From positions 1-64,000 of IMG/VR virus record IMGVR_UViG_3300027797_000013: DNA of 64,000 nt. The stretch is one strand, 5' to 3'. Source of the stretch: a virus. The notes under the pieces are model-generated. The model made no database searches. It had not been told where the DNA came from and saw only the letters and a program-made list of their open reading frames with translations. The first letter of the stretch is position 1. Each line of letters starts with the position of its first letter. This document shows positions 35,358-46,200 of this stretch, piece after piece. The translations under genes were made by a program, and so were the position numbers.

Positions 35358-38300
35358 GTGAAAAAAATAACTCTTTTATATATAGTAGCTCTCTTATTTA
35401 CGTCAGTAGTTTGGGGAGCTGTATCCGACATAGTAGTTGGTCAACGCGCAGGTGGAAATCAAAGATTTGTACAACGAGTCGTTACCGGTACTGCAAATAC
35501 TTATAAACCAGTAGGATTCAGCAGCGATGGCACCTTCGAAGCCATATCACAGATCCGAGGAGCAACTCTTGGCACACCTGATGGTCTATCTAATATAGAT
35601 ATAACTACTAATGGAACTATAAGAATAACAGCGAACGGTACTAACTCTATTAATACATCTACACGTAAGTTGTTTAATAGCTCAGGTACAGAGACATTTG
35701 ACTGGAATAGTAATATCTTACAAGGCAATTGGATTGTAGGTGGCAGCTTTAAAGTAGGTAGTAAAATAGTAACCGGCAATGCTCTTGCTACTAATGCTAT
35801 CAACACTTCTGTAGAGCTAAATACAAAAACGGTATCTGCAAACACAACCTTTACTTTCAGCGCGACACCAGCTGTAGGTCAAGTCTTTGACCTTGACGTT
35901 AAAAATTCTGGCGGTTCTGAGATAACTATAACTATTCCCTCAAGTAAAGACGCTTCAACTGGAGCTAGTATTACGAGCCTTAATTTAATAGCTACAACAG
36001 GACGTAAGGTATTAAGTTGGAGATATGACGGTACAGACTATATTCTTACGCGTGTCGGCTCTGGTGCTGAAACTGTTTTCCCTCTTACAACGAATGTAGG
36101 CTTCGGGGGATTTAACGCCAGTAATATAGGTATTGTTACAGCTACTAACTTTGTTGGTGATGGTAGTGCAATAACAGATTTAAATGCAGCTGAACTCGTT
36201 GGCACTATACCTAGCTTGAGTACAGGACTATTAACTACTCAAAAAGCAAGAGCAGTAACACCAGTCGCTGGTGTATCTAATGTTATAGTAACAGATAACG
36301 GAGATACAACTATAACACTTAATGATGCTACTGAGACTCTTACCTACTCAAATACACCACCAGATGGAACAAGATTTGAATATACTCTAACTGGTCAGGC
36401 TACTGATACTACAGTTAATATACCTGAAACATACAGTAATGCTTTAGGTAATTTGAGATCGACTTTTACAGTTCCAGCGCTAAAGAATGCTAATATTGTA
36501 GTTAAGAGAGAAGCTGGTAGATATGTAATGTGGGGTGACCCAGTAACTATTACAGATTATCCAGCTAATACAACCCCTACTGTTGATGGTATATTAGAGG
36601 TAGATCAGAATGGAAGTACTCGTTCAACATTAGGTCAAATAAAAGCTTTAATGCTAGATACTCCAGTACTGACCGGAGGCGCATCTGTTCAAGGTATTTT
36701 AACTGCAACTACATTTAGTGGTAGCGGTGATGATTTAACTAATTTACCTGCTGACCAAATTGTTGGTACTCTACCTGACTTGGGTACTGGTATATTAACT
36801 ACTTCATCTTCTAAGAAAATCTTACCAGTAGCTGGAGTGTCAAATGCTATCAATACTGCTAACGGAGAAACTACAATTGCATTAGACGCTACAACCGAGA
36901 CTCTTTCATACTCTGCAACCCCCTCAACAGGTACATATTTTTCCTATACCCTTGAAGGTCATTCTGCAGCATCAGTAGTTACAATACCTTCAACTTACTC
37001 TTTTGCACTAGGCGGGTTTCGTACATCTTTTACTGCTCCAGCTAGTAAACCTACCTCAATTACAGTAAGAAGAGATGCAGGTCGATATATAATGTGGGGT
37101 GATCCAGTTGATATTGGAGATCTTTCTAATAATCTATCCCCTACTACGGCTGCTAAGTTAGAGATAGATCAAGGCTCAGGAAGCGAGTACATAACATTAA
37201 ATCAGGTTAAAACACTGACATCGACAAGTCCAACATTTACAGGTATTGTAACTAATTCAGGTGCTACTGCTAATACAGCAGCTGCTATGGCAGCTAACGC
37301 GATCGATGTAACACAAGAACTAAACACAAAGACAATTAGTGCTAATACTACTTTTACGTTTACCGGCACACCAGTAACTAATCAATGGTTTGGATTATAT
37401 GTTAAGAATACTGGCGGAACCGCTGTCATTGTAACTTTTCCAAATAGTAAGGATAGTGTTTCAGGAGCTAGTATTACAACATCAACAGTTACAGCTACAA
37501 CAGGTCGACAACATTTATACTGGAGATGGGACGGTACAGAGTATATAATATATAGAGGGACTGGTGACGGAACTTTATTATCAGGAGATCAAAATATTCA
37601 AGGAACGTTAACAGCTACTACTTTCTCAGGTGAAGGTACATTTCTAGATAATATACCAGGATCAGCACTAAACGGTCCGATACCAGACATTGAAGTAGAT
37701 ACTTTAACTACTGATAATGTTAGAGTTATAGTTCCAACAGCTATATCAAGCGGTACTATTGATGTTACGAAAGGGTGGTCATATAAGACTTTAACTTCTA
37801 ACCTAACAATTTCCTTTTCTGATACACCTGCCAACGGTACTATCTTATGGGTTGAGTTTATATGTGATAGTGTTGCTCGTCAAATAACTTTACCCACTGC
37901 TGTTTACTCAGATGAGAGAGGTTCTCAGGTTATAGATTTTACAGTTCAAGCTAATACCCGTCCACTTATATCGTTTATTAAATTAGCTGATGGCTGGAGA
38001 GCTCAAGGCATACCTACACAAATTAGTGATTTAGCTGCTGTTAATTCACCGGACACAACAGCATCAATAGAAATAGATCAGGGAACTGGTAGTAGAAGAA
38101 CAACTCTTGCCAACATAAAGACAGCCTTGTCTCTTGACACTAGCAGGACAGGTACTCACGCTACACCTAGTACAACAACTCCATTAAGTCCAACCTGGAC
38201 TGGACCGTCTCACACAGTTTATTATGGTGCAACTGGTACTATAAACTTACCTGCGGCTTCAGCATACGCTGATAAAGGCATTATAATTTATAATACTGGT

Positions 38301-38480
38301 AGCTTTACTATAACTGTTGATGCATCAGGTTCAGAAGTTATAGTAAGAGATGGAGCAGTACAGACCGGCGGCGTATCGTTCACTCTGTCAACCGGTGCAG
38401 GTAACTTCGTAAATCTAATATCAGACGGTATACGATGGATAACACTTGAATACAAAGGTACTTTAACACAAGGATCTTAA
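35358..38480 (+). CDS. signal-peptide-bearing multi-module fibre-like protein (1040 aa)
   Basis: MKK, hydrophobic core, VWG/A cleavage site. Five repeated ~90-aa beta-sandwich modules, ATxFxGxG...L fibre linkers, and a C-terminal TINLPAAS...SDGIRW domain. Confidence 0.75.
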   Translation: MKKITLLYIVALLFTSVVWGAVSDIVVGQRAGGNQRFVQRVVTGTANTYKPVGFSSDGTFEAISQIRGATLGTPDGLSNIDITTNGTIRITANGTNSINTSTRKLFNSSGTETFDWNSNILQGNWIVGGSFKVGSKIVTGNALATNAINTSVELNTKTVSANTTFTFSATPAVGQVFDLDVKNSGGSEITITIPSSKDASTGASITSLNLIATTGRKVLSWRYDGTDYILTRVGSGAETVFPLTTNVGFGGFNASNIGIVTATNFVGDGSAITDLNAAELVGTIPSLSTGLLTTQKARAVTPVAGVSNVIVTDNGDTTITLNDATETLTYSNTPPDGTRFEYTLTGQATDTTVNIPETYSNALGNLRSTFTVPALKNANIVVKREAGRYVMWGDPVTITDYPANTTPTVDGILEVDQNGSTRSTLGQIKALMLDTPVLTGGASVQGILTATTFSGSGDDLTNLPADQIVGTLPDLGTGILTTSSSKKILPVAGVSNAINTANGETTIALDATTETLSYSATPSTGTYFSYTLEGHSAASVVTIPSTYSFALGGFRTSFTAPASKPTSITVRRDAGRYIMWGDPVDIGDLSNNLSPTTAAKLEIDQGSGSEYITLNQVKTLTSTSPTFTGIVTNSGATANTAAAMAANAIDVTQELNTKTISANTTFTFTGTPVTNQWFGLYVKNTGGTAVIVTFPNSKDSVSGASITTSTVTATTGRQHLYWRWDGTEYIIYRGTGDGTLLSGDQNIQGTLTATTFSGEGTFLDNIPGSALNGPIPDIEVDTLTTDNVRVIVPTAISSGTIDVTKGWSYKTLTSNLTISFSDTPANGTILWVEFICDSVARQITLPTAVYSDERGSQVIDFTVQANTRPLISFIKLADGWRAQGIPTQISDLAAVNSPDTTASIEIDQGTGSRRTTLANIKTALSLDTSRTGTHATPSTTTPLSPTWTGPSHTVYYGATGTINLPAASAYADKGIIIYNTGSFTITVDASGSEVIVRDGAVQTGGVSFTLSTGAGNFVNLISDGIRWITLEYKGTLTQGS

Positions 38481-38481
38481 T

Positions 38482-39243
38482 ATGAAACAACTACTAACAT
38501 ATATTACCTGCTTATTATGGATATGGGCACCATTATTACAGTCAGCACCGCTATCAGTATTTTTAGGAGGAGGCGTTATAACAGAGAGTTCACCACCTCC
38601 TGTTGTCTCTACTAATATATCATTTACTAGTTCCACAGCTGGTAGCTTTTCAGGTACAACAAGTCCTAATATAGCATACCCTGAGACCTTGGAAAATGAC
38701 ATCTTAATTGTAGTCTTAGCTGGTGATACAGCTACAAGTTCAAGTGGCACGCCTCCGACAGGATGGACTAAGCTAAATCAAGTAGAGCATGGCACTACTG
38801 GAAATATTCACATTTTTTGGAAGAGAGCTGCAGTAACACCAGTAACATCTGAAGTCTGGACCAATTTGTTATCTGCAGCTACAACAGGTATATTTGCCGC
38901 TCTAGGTTACCGCGGCTGTATAACAACCGACTCACCTATAGATGTTGGACTGACAGGTAGTCAGTCAGGCTCAATATCTTGGTCAACAGGCTCTATAACT
39001 ACAACAGGTACGGATCGAATGGCTATAGGTATATTCGGAGGTGATTTAGTCTCAGGTATATCCTTTACTTGGGGAGCAGGTATAACTGAAAGAATCGATT
39101 ATAATAATAACGGATTTGGTGCATTAACAATAGGAGATATATTAGTACCAGCCGCCGGCTCAGTTACTATGACTACAGCACCAACAATAAGTACAACCGG
39201 AGCACGAGCTATATACGCTCTAAAACCCATACCTGCTAGCTAA
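38482..39243 (+). CDS. signal-peptide-bearing beta-sandwich/lectin-like protein
   Basis: N-terminus MKQLLTYITCLLWIWAPLLQSA; NDILIVVL...PPTGWT...IFWKRA pattern seen in virion adhesin-like domains. Confidence 0.6.
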   Translation: MKQLLTYITCLLWIWAPLLQSAPLSVFLGGGVITESSPPPVVSTNISFTSSTAGSFSGTTSPNIAYPETLENDILIVVLAGDTATSSSGTPPTGWTKLNQVEHGTTGNIHIFWKRAAVTPVTSEVWTNLLSAATTGIFAALGYRGCITTDSPIDVGLTGSQSGSISWSTGSITTTGTDRMAIGIFGGDLVSGISFTWGAGITERIDYNNNGFGALTIGDILVPAAGSVTMTTAPTISTTGARAIYALKPIPAS

Positions 39244-39249
39244 AAGTAT

Positions 39250-40968
39250 ATGAATACATTTATTAAAAAACTATTATTTATTACTTTAGTTAGCTTAGTA
39301 ATAAATACTCTTAATGCAGCTAACTACTATGTTAGATTAGACGGTAATGATGCAAATACTGGTTTAGTGAATACAGCTGGAGGGGCCTGGCTAACAATAG
39401 TTAAGGCAAACAACACTGCTCAGCCTGGTGATACAATATATCTCGGCCCTGGTACGTTTCCTGGTGATCCTGAACTACTTACTGTACGGTCAGGTACCGC
39501 CTTAGCTAAAATTACCTGGATAGGGTCTGGTAAAGACATTACCTCTATAAGAGGCTTTAACTTTAAGCACTCTTATATAACTGTAAAAGACTTAACTCTT
39601 ACAGGTCCTAATAGAATATGGGAAAGCTTTGTCACTATCGAGGACTGTATACTAAGATATAGCTATTACTCGCAAATATTTTTTCAAGATGGAAATAATT
39701 ACGCTACACCGAATAATATTATAATACGTAACTGCGAGTCACAAGACGCCTCCGATCTTGCAAACGGTCAACCTGCTATGAGAATTACAGGTACAAATAA
39801 CTTAATAGAAAATATAACTTTTACTACTACAATAGGTGGTGCTGATGTGTTTCATATATTCGGATACAATAATATTATTAGAGGCTGCAAAATATATAAC
39901 TGGTTTTTAAGGCCAGGTTCTACAAATCATGTTGATATATATCAAACCTTTTCTAATAATGGAGAGTTTTCTATCGGACATTTAATTGAAAATAACTTTG
40001 CATATAACTGTACAACTACTCAGCTCGGTAATATAACTGATCTTAGAAATCCAAACGTCAATATTAGAGATTGGGTCTTTCGAAATAATATATACATAAG
40101 AGTTGATAGAGGCATTAATTTGTACTGTCCTGGATTTCTATTTTATAATAATACTTTTTTTGAAACTCCTTTAACACAAACATCTTGTGTTCGAGTTATA
40201 GCTTCAACTGATAGAGGTTCGGCTAATAATACAAAAATGTTTAATAATATATTTTACAAAGGTGGCGTCTCACCATCAAGTGTTAACAATGGATACTTTA
40301 TGATTGAACCTAAAGTCGGGTTTCCTATTACCGGGTTCGAAGCAGATTACAATCTGGTTATAGGTACAGGTGCAGGTACAGTAAAATCCGGAGTATGGGC
40401 CTCATATGGAGCTAATGTTAATTCTCTTAATGGTATTGATCCTCTTTTCGTGCAACCTATAAATCCATCAGAACCAGAGCATTTAAGATTATTAAATACC
40501 TCTCCAGCTATAGGCGCTGCTATTCCACGAAACGATTTATTTACAACAGACTTTTCTAATGTGACCCGCGGCGTTGGTTGGGATATAGGAGCATATGAAT
40601 ATGCAGCTGGTTCTGTACCGTCGGATATTGAAGCACCAGATCTTAACTCAGCAACAATAAATAGTCAAGGTAACCAACTCACTCTAAGTTTTAATGAATC
40701 AGTAGTTCTAGTTAACTCATCTCATTATAGTATAAGCGGACTGACTCTAGGCACTGCTACAGGTTCAGGTACAACATTTAATATACCTATTACACCTGCG
40801 GTAGGCGCTGGTCAATCAGTTAGCTTAAATTATACAGCTGGCACAACAGAAGATCCTGCAGGTAACAATCTACTATCCTTTACTAACTTATCTGTACAAA
40901 ATAACTCAATTATAATTACTACAACTAACGCAAAGCGTAAAGGATTACAGACTACAACTAGACCCTAA
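39250..40968 (+). CDS. exported right-handed beta-helix (pectate-lyase-like) protein with SwmB-like C-terminal domain
   Basis: Signal peptide ending TLNA/ANYYV, DGNDANTG, AQPGDTIYLGPGTF, NNIF/NNTF repeats, SPAIGA...WDIGAYEY, DxxxP...LTLSFNE...DPAGN. Confidence 0.8.
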   Translation: MNTFIKKLLFITLVSLVINTLNAANYYVRLDGNDANTGLVNTAGGAWLTIVKANNTAQPGDTIYLGPGTFPGDPELLTVRSGTALAKITWIGSGKDITSIRGFNFKHSYITVKDLTLTGPNRIWESFVTIEDCILRYSYYSQIFFQDGNNYATPNNIIIRNCESQDASDLANGQPAMRITGTNNLIENITFTTTIGGADVFHIFGYNNIIRGCKIYNWFLRPGSTNHVDIYQTFSNNGEFSIGHLIENNFAYNCTTTQLGNITDLRNPNVNIRDWVFRNNIYIRVDRGINLYCPGFLFYNNTFFETPLTQTSCVRVIASTDRGSANNTKMFNNIFYKGGVSPSSVNNGYFMIEPKVGFPITGFEADYNLVIGTGAGTVKSGVWASYGANVNSLNGIDPLFVQPINPSEPEHLRLLNTSPAIGAAIPRNDLFTTDFSNVTRGVGWDIGAYEYAAGSVPSDIEAPDLNSATINSQGNQLTLSFNESVVLVNSSHYSISGLTLGTATGSGTTFNIPITPAVGAGQSVSLNYTAGTTEDPAGNNLLSFTNLSVQNNSIIITTTNAKRKGLQTTTRP

Positions 40969-40971
40969 CAT

Positions 40972-43170
40972 ATGAATTATATAAACTTTCTTTTTTTAAT
41001 CGTCTTTAGCTTACTAATTGCAGCTAGTAATACTCTAGCTGCGACATGGTATATTGATATGCAGAACGGTTCCGACGCTAATTCCGGCACTACTGCTAAC
41101 ACACCTTGGAAGCATAGTCCGGGACAGACTACATCACCAGCTAGGACTATTGCTTCAGGTGACTTCATACTCTTTAAAAGAGGAGTAATACACTATATAG
41201 ATTCTGAGATATCTGTTATATCTGGAGTAACTTACGGAGCATATGGTACAGGTGATGCACCTATAATAGATGGTGGTAATACTATACTTGCCGGATTTAG
41301 AGAAGCAGCTAAGACAACTAATGTAACAATACAGAACCTAACTGTTTGTAATATAGGTGGTTGGTCTGAAACCGACCCTATTTTAAACGGTATACAAGTA
41401 TCATCCATTAATCTAACTACTGATGTAGTCACTACTAGTACCGTGCATGGACTAACAGTAGGTACAAATATAGGAGTTACATATGATGGATGGTCTGCTA
41501 ACTTTATAACTGGTGCTAGAACTTCAAGTAGTAATTACTATGTGATAGAGGTTAGTAGCTCTACTAGTGTTAAAGTATCTTCTACACTAGGTGGAGCTAG
41601 TCTAGATTTTACAACAACATTACCTGGAACTTTTAAATTGTTCCGACCTGTTACGTCACCTCCAAGCGGTACAGCTATATCTTTTGGTTCAGGTGGAGAT
41701 AATGTTTTACTTGAAAATCTTAATATTTATGAGATAGGACAATGGATCCCTCTAGCACCAGCATCAGGTGATCAATCTATTAGCGGTACCGGTATATTTT
41801 TGCAAAATAATAATGGAGTTACTATTCGTAACTGCAGTATGGACAAACTTAGAACAGGTATTGCTATAAAATCTAATCTATCTGGACCTATAGAAAATAT
41901 ATTAGTCGAAAATAGCTCTATAAGTCATGTTGTTTGGGGTATAGATGTGGCTCCGAGAGCTGCAAATTCAGTTTTAAGTAATATAACTATTAAAGGGACA
42001 TCAATAAGCGGAACTGCTGTATATGATTCGGGTAACTGGCAAGGCTTTGGTGAGAAACCACACACTGACGGTATGTTTCTTAGAGCTTCAGGTATGACAT
42101 CAACATGGACAAATATATTAATTGACGGTTGCCGCTTTTATGATGATCTAACGGCTAACTCTGCTGGCGGTACAGCCAATATCTATATCAGTCAGGGAGC
42201 AAGTGCTAAGGTAGTTAATTGTGTCTTCGTTAAGTCACCACAGTCAAATGCTGCCCTACAATCAAGTTATGCTAAGTTAGCTGGCATGACTCAAGTACTA
42301 GAGTTTTATAATAATACCTTTATATCATCTGCTAAATGTCTTGTTGTATCGACTGGTAGTAATCCTGATGTATTAAAAGTAAAAAATAATATATTCTGGA
42401 GATCAACAACCTCAAATAACGCTAATGTCGTTGTAGTAGATCCAGCGGCATTTACGTCACCTAGAATAATAGAGATGGATTATAATATATACTGGAACGA
42501 TAATGCGGCACCTATCAATACAAACATATTTAACCTTAATAATAGCTCTAGTTATAGAACTTGGGCTCAATGGAGAACAGCCTTTACAAACATTGATGCT
42601 AATAGCGTAGTCGCTAATCCACTCTTTACAAGTATAACAGGTGATCCTTCAACATGGAACGTAGCTCCAACTACCGGTTCACCAGCTATAAGAACAGGTA
42701 TTAATCTTACAAGCTCTCTAACAACAGATTATACCAGAGCTACTCGACCTTCAACCGGAGCATGGGATATAGGAGCATTTATTACAGGTGCAGCTCCAAC
42801 AGTAGATACTACACCACCAACAGCTACCTCTACATCAATTAACAGTACAGGTCTAATACTAACAGTCAACTTTTCGGAGTCAGTACAAAACGTATTTGCT
42901 GAAAACTATACTATGTCTGGTCAAATTATCGAGACACCAACTATTACTGGTACCGCTGTAACTTTTCCTATATCACCAGGTGTCAAATCTGGAGAAGTAA
43001 AAACATTATCTTATACATCTGGCTCAGGTCGTACAAGAGATGCAGCTAATAACCTGTTGCAGAGTTTTAGTAATTTATCTATAACCAACAACTCTTCTGT
43101 AGTACCTGCTAATAGTACGAGACCGAGCGGGCGTCGCCATGCTGTGAGAGGCTCAGGAGTGAGAAGATAA
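40972..43170 (+). CDS. exported beta-helix (pectate-lyase-like) protein with SwmB-like C-terminal domain
   Basis: Signal peptide ending TLA/ATWYID, GSDANSGT..TPWK, GDFILFKRG, YGAYGTG, WDIGAF, DTTPP...FSESV...DAANN. Confidence 0.8.
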   Translation: MNYINFLFLIVFSLLIAASNTLAATWYIDMQNGSDANSGTTANTPWKHSPGQTTSPARTIASGDFILFKRGVIHYIDSEISVISGVTYGAYGTGDAPIIDGGNTILAGFREAAKTTNVTIQNLTVCNIGGWSETDPILNGIQVSSINLTTDVVTTSTVHGLTVGTNIGVTYDGWSANFITGARTSSSNYYVIEVSSSTSVKVSSTLGGASLDFTTTLPGTFKLFRPVTSPPSGTAISFGSGGDNVLLENLNIYEIGQWIPLAPASGDQSISGTGIFLQNNNGVTIRNCSMDKLRTGIAIKSNLSGPIENILVENSSISHVVWGIDVAPRAANSVLSNITIKGTSISGTAVYDSGNWQGFGEKPHTDGMFLRASGMTSTWTNILIDGCRFYDDLTANSAGGTANIYISQGASAKVVNCVFVKSPQSNAALQSSYAKLAGMTQVLEFYNNTFISSAKCLVVSTGSNPDVLKVKNNIFWRSTTSNNANVVVVDPAAFTSPRIIEMDYNIYWNDNAAPINTNIFNLNNSSSYRTWAQWRTAFTNIDANSVVANPLFTSITGDPSTWNVAPTTGSPAIRTGINLTSSLTTDYTRATRPSTGAWDIGAFITGAAPTVDTTPPTATSTSINSTGLILTVNFSESVQNVFAENYTMSGQIIETPTITGTAVTFPISPGVKSGEVKTLSYTSGSGRTRDAANNLLQSFSNLSITNNSSVVPANSTRPSGRRHAVRGSGVRR

Positions 43171-43209
43171 TATAAGCAATTACTAACATATACCACCTAC
43201 CCCTATACC

Positions 43210-46200
43210 ATGAAATATTTAAAATTATTATTTATTTTACTTTTAGTAAATGCTGCTCAAGCTGCCACCTATTATGTTCGTAAGGATGGAAGTAATACTA
43301 ATACCGGCGCTGCAAATACAAGTGCTGGTGCCTGGCTTACTTTAGCTAAAGCAACGTCTATAGCAGTAGCAGGTGATACGGTTAATATAGGTGCTGGAGA
43401 CTGGGATGAAGCGCTTACAGTTACAGCTATTGGAACAGCTACAAACCCTATTACTTTTCAAGGCACCGGCGACACTACCGTCATAGGTGTCACAACTGTT
43501 AAAGGTAGATATATACATCTAAAGAATTATAAAGCAGGTCCAACCACATCTCTTGTCGGTAGCTTTTCTATTGGCGACTCAACTAATGTAAATAAAACAG
43601 CACCTCCGTACGGAGGTGATTACTGTCTAGCAGAGAATATAACACACACAAGAATCAGTGGGCAGCAGTTAGGCGTCGGGGATAATGGATTCTTTAAAGG
43701 TCCGATCGGAGTTACTATTAAAAATAGTAGATTTACTAACCCACTTGCCGGAAACTTTGCAATAAATTTTAAGGCTGTTGATAGTTTTATTGTTGACTGC
43801 TACTTCACTAGTAATACAGGAGCGGACGCTATAACATTATTTGGTTATAGAAATACTATACGTAATTGTAAATTTGAAAACTGGTCAAGACCATTAGGTT
43901 CTTCTTTGCATTGTGATTTATTTCAAGCTTTTACAAATAATTTTGAAGAGTCGATGGATCATATAATTGAAAATAATTTTATGTTTAACTGCACCCCAGG
44001 GTGTCAGTTAGGAATTGTTTCTGATATAAAGTTAACCGGTAAAGCTGGTGGATGGGTGTTCAGAAACAATGTAATAGTCAATCAAGCAGCTCCGTTCTAT
44101 ATAATGACACCTAATTGCAAATTTTATAACAATACCCTTGTAAGAAGTCCAACAGAGCAAGGCCAGCAATTCTTACTGTATTATACAGCAGATAGAGGTA
44201 TAGCTAACAATACATCGTTTTATAATAATATATTTTATAAGGGCGGGTCAAATCCAGCCGCGCGCGGCGGCGGATTTTACGACAAGACAGTAGCAGGTGC
44301 ACTATCTTCGTCTTATAAGAATCAAATAATTAACCTACTTTCCGATTATAATTTGTTCTATGGTGCAGCCGGCGCAGCAAAGGTAAGTACAGTTCTTAGC
44401 GAGAATAACGGTAATATTAATTCTGTCAATCCAGGTAACCCATTATTTGTAAATGAATTTGGTATTAATAAGGAAGATTATAGGATTCTAGCTGGTTCAG
44501 CGGCTATAGGTAGGGGAGTTGCTTTAAATAATCTTTTCAGCACCGATTCAGCAGGTACAGCAAGAGGTTTAACTTGGGATATAGGTGCTTTTGAGTATAG
44601 TCAAACCACTACATCTATAACTCAATTTGGAATAACCTGGAACTTTAGTGAAGCTAGAGAGTTCGGACAATTTGCAAACGGAGATTATTGGGTACAAGGG
44701 CCAGTAACCATAACATCAATGACACCAGATTGGGATGATACAACAGGTCGTAATGGGTGGATGGTAAATCCTGCAGCACCAACACCTATAAATGGGTATT
44801 CAGTAGGAACACCTAACTATAGTGCAGCTGCTCGACCTGCGTTACCATTGACTCTAACATCAGGTTCTGTAATTAAAACTATAGGTAAAGCTAATGTCTT
44901 ATTAAGCTCTATAAAGACTGCTGCAGTGCTAACTGTGTTAGAAAATATACCTGAGGGTAGAGGCGCTGGTTACTTTAGACCTCCATATAACGGCACAGCT
45001 AAGCCTCTTAACTTAGTAAGCAGCCTGCGATCAGATCTACTACCAGGTTATGTAGTGCCAGCTGGTGCACCAACTCTAGAAACCATAAGATTAAATTTTT
45101 CTAATTGCTTACGGTTAGAACACTTAGTGAGAAGCAGAAGCATCAGACCAACCGATGCCTTCGAAGGTAATGCAGACGGATATCAACCACAAAATACTCC
45201 ATGGATGAATGAAGCTATGCTAAGATTAATGGGTAATGAATCATTTCAGACTAAATTACCGGCTCTTATAATGTTTACTCAGGCTGCTCTTGATAAAGCA
45301 TATGCTGTGCAGCAAGGATTTAGATCTTCATCCGGCGACGGTCATGACCCTAATCATAGAATTATGGCTGCTTGGGGCGCTACAATGCTCAATCTTACAG
45401 ATATATTAACTTTAATGAGTACTGCTACAGGCTTTCATGAAGATACATATCTCTATGAAGGTAACAATAGTGTTGTACTCTGGGGTGAACCGCCAGCTAG
45501 AGGTGAACTGTCCTATTGGGATTATATAATGGGTAATGGTGGTGGTAGATCAACTAAAGACCCTTATTTCTTTGTTGATGGAGGCAATGCTGTAACAGGA
45601 GGTACAGCTGAATATCAACTTATCGTATCTCAGTCCCTTAAGGGTTCAGCTATCGTTGGTAGATTATTTCCTACTCTGCAGAACTGTTTTCCAGCTGCAA
45701 GATGGTCTATTTTAAATAGATACGCGGAACGATGGGTAACGGTAGGTTCCTGGCTATCACCAGATCCTGTTGCTCCTTATGATAATATAAATACTAACTA
45801 CGGTATAACGTTTGGCCCTAACCTAGCAGGAAATAGAATACCTACAGCATATATAGCTGGTGCAGGTAGAGGTATAACTAGGCACGGTAGCTCTAAAGAT
45901 CTTGGTCAATATAAATCAACGTTCGTAGCTAATATGTGGAATGCATATTCTGGCTCTGTAACACCTCCTGTAGTAGCTGATACAACTCCTCCAACTCTTA
46001 GTACTTCTATTATCAACAACGGAGGTAATAAAATTACCCTAACCTTTTCTGAGAACGTAACTAGTGTTAACGTAAGTCATTATACTTTATCAAATGGTCA
46101 TACCTTATCATCTCCTGTAGTTACAGGTAGAGTTGTTGATATGACTATTAGTCCAGTTGTTAATATTAAAGAAGTATGTACTCTAAGCTATGCCACCGGT

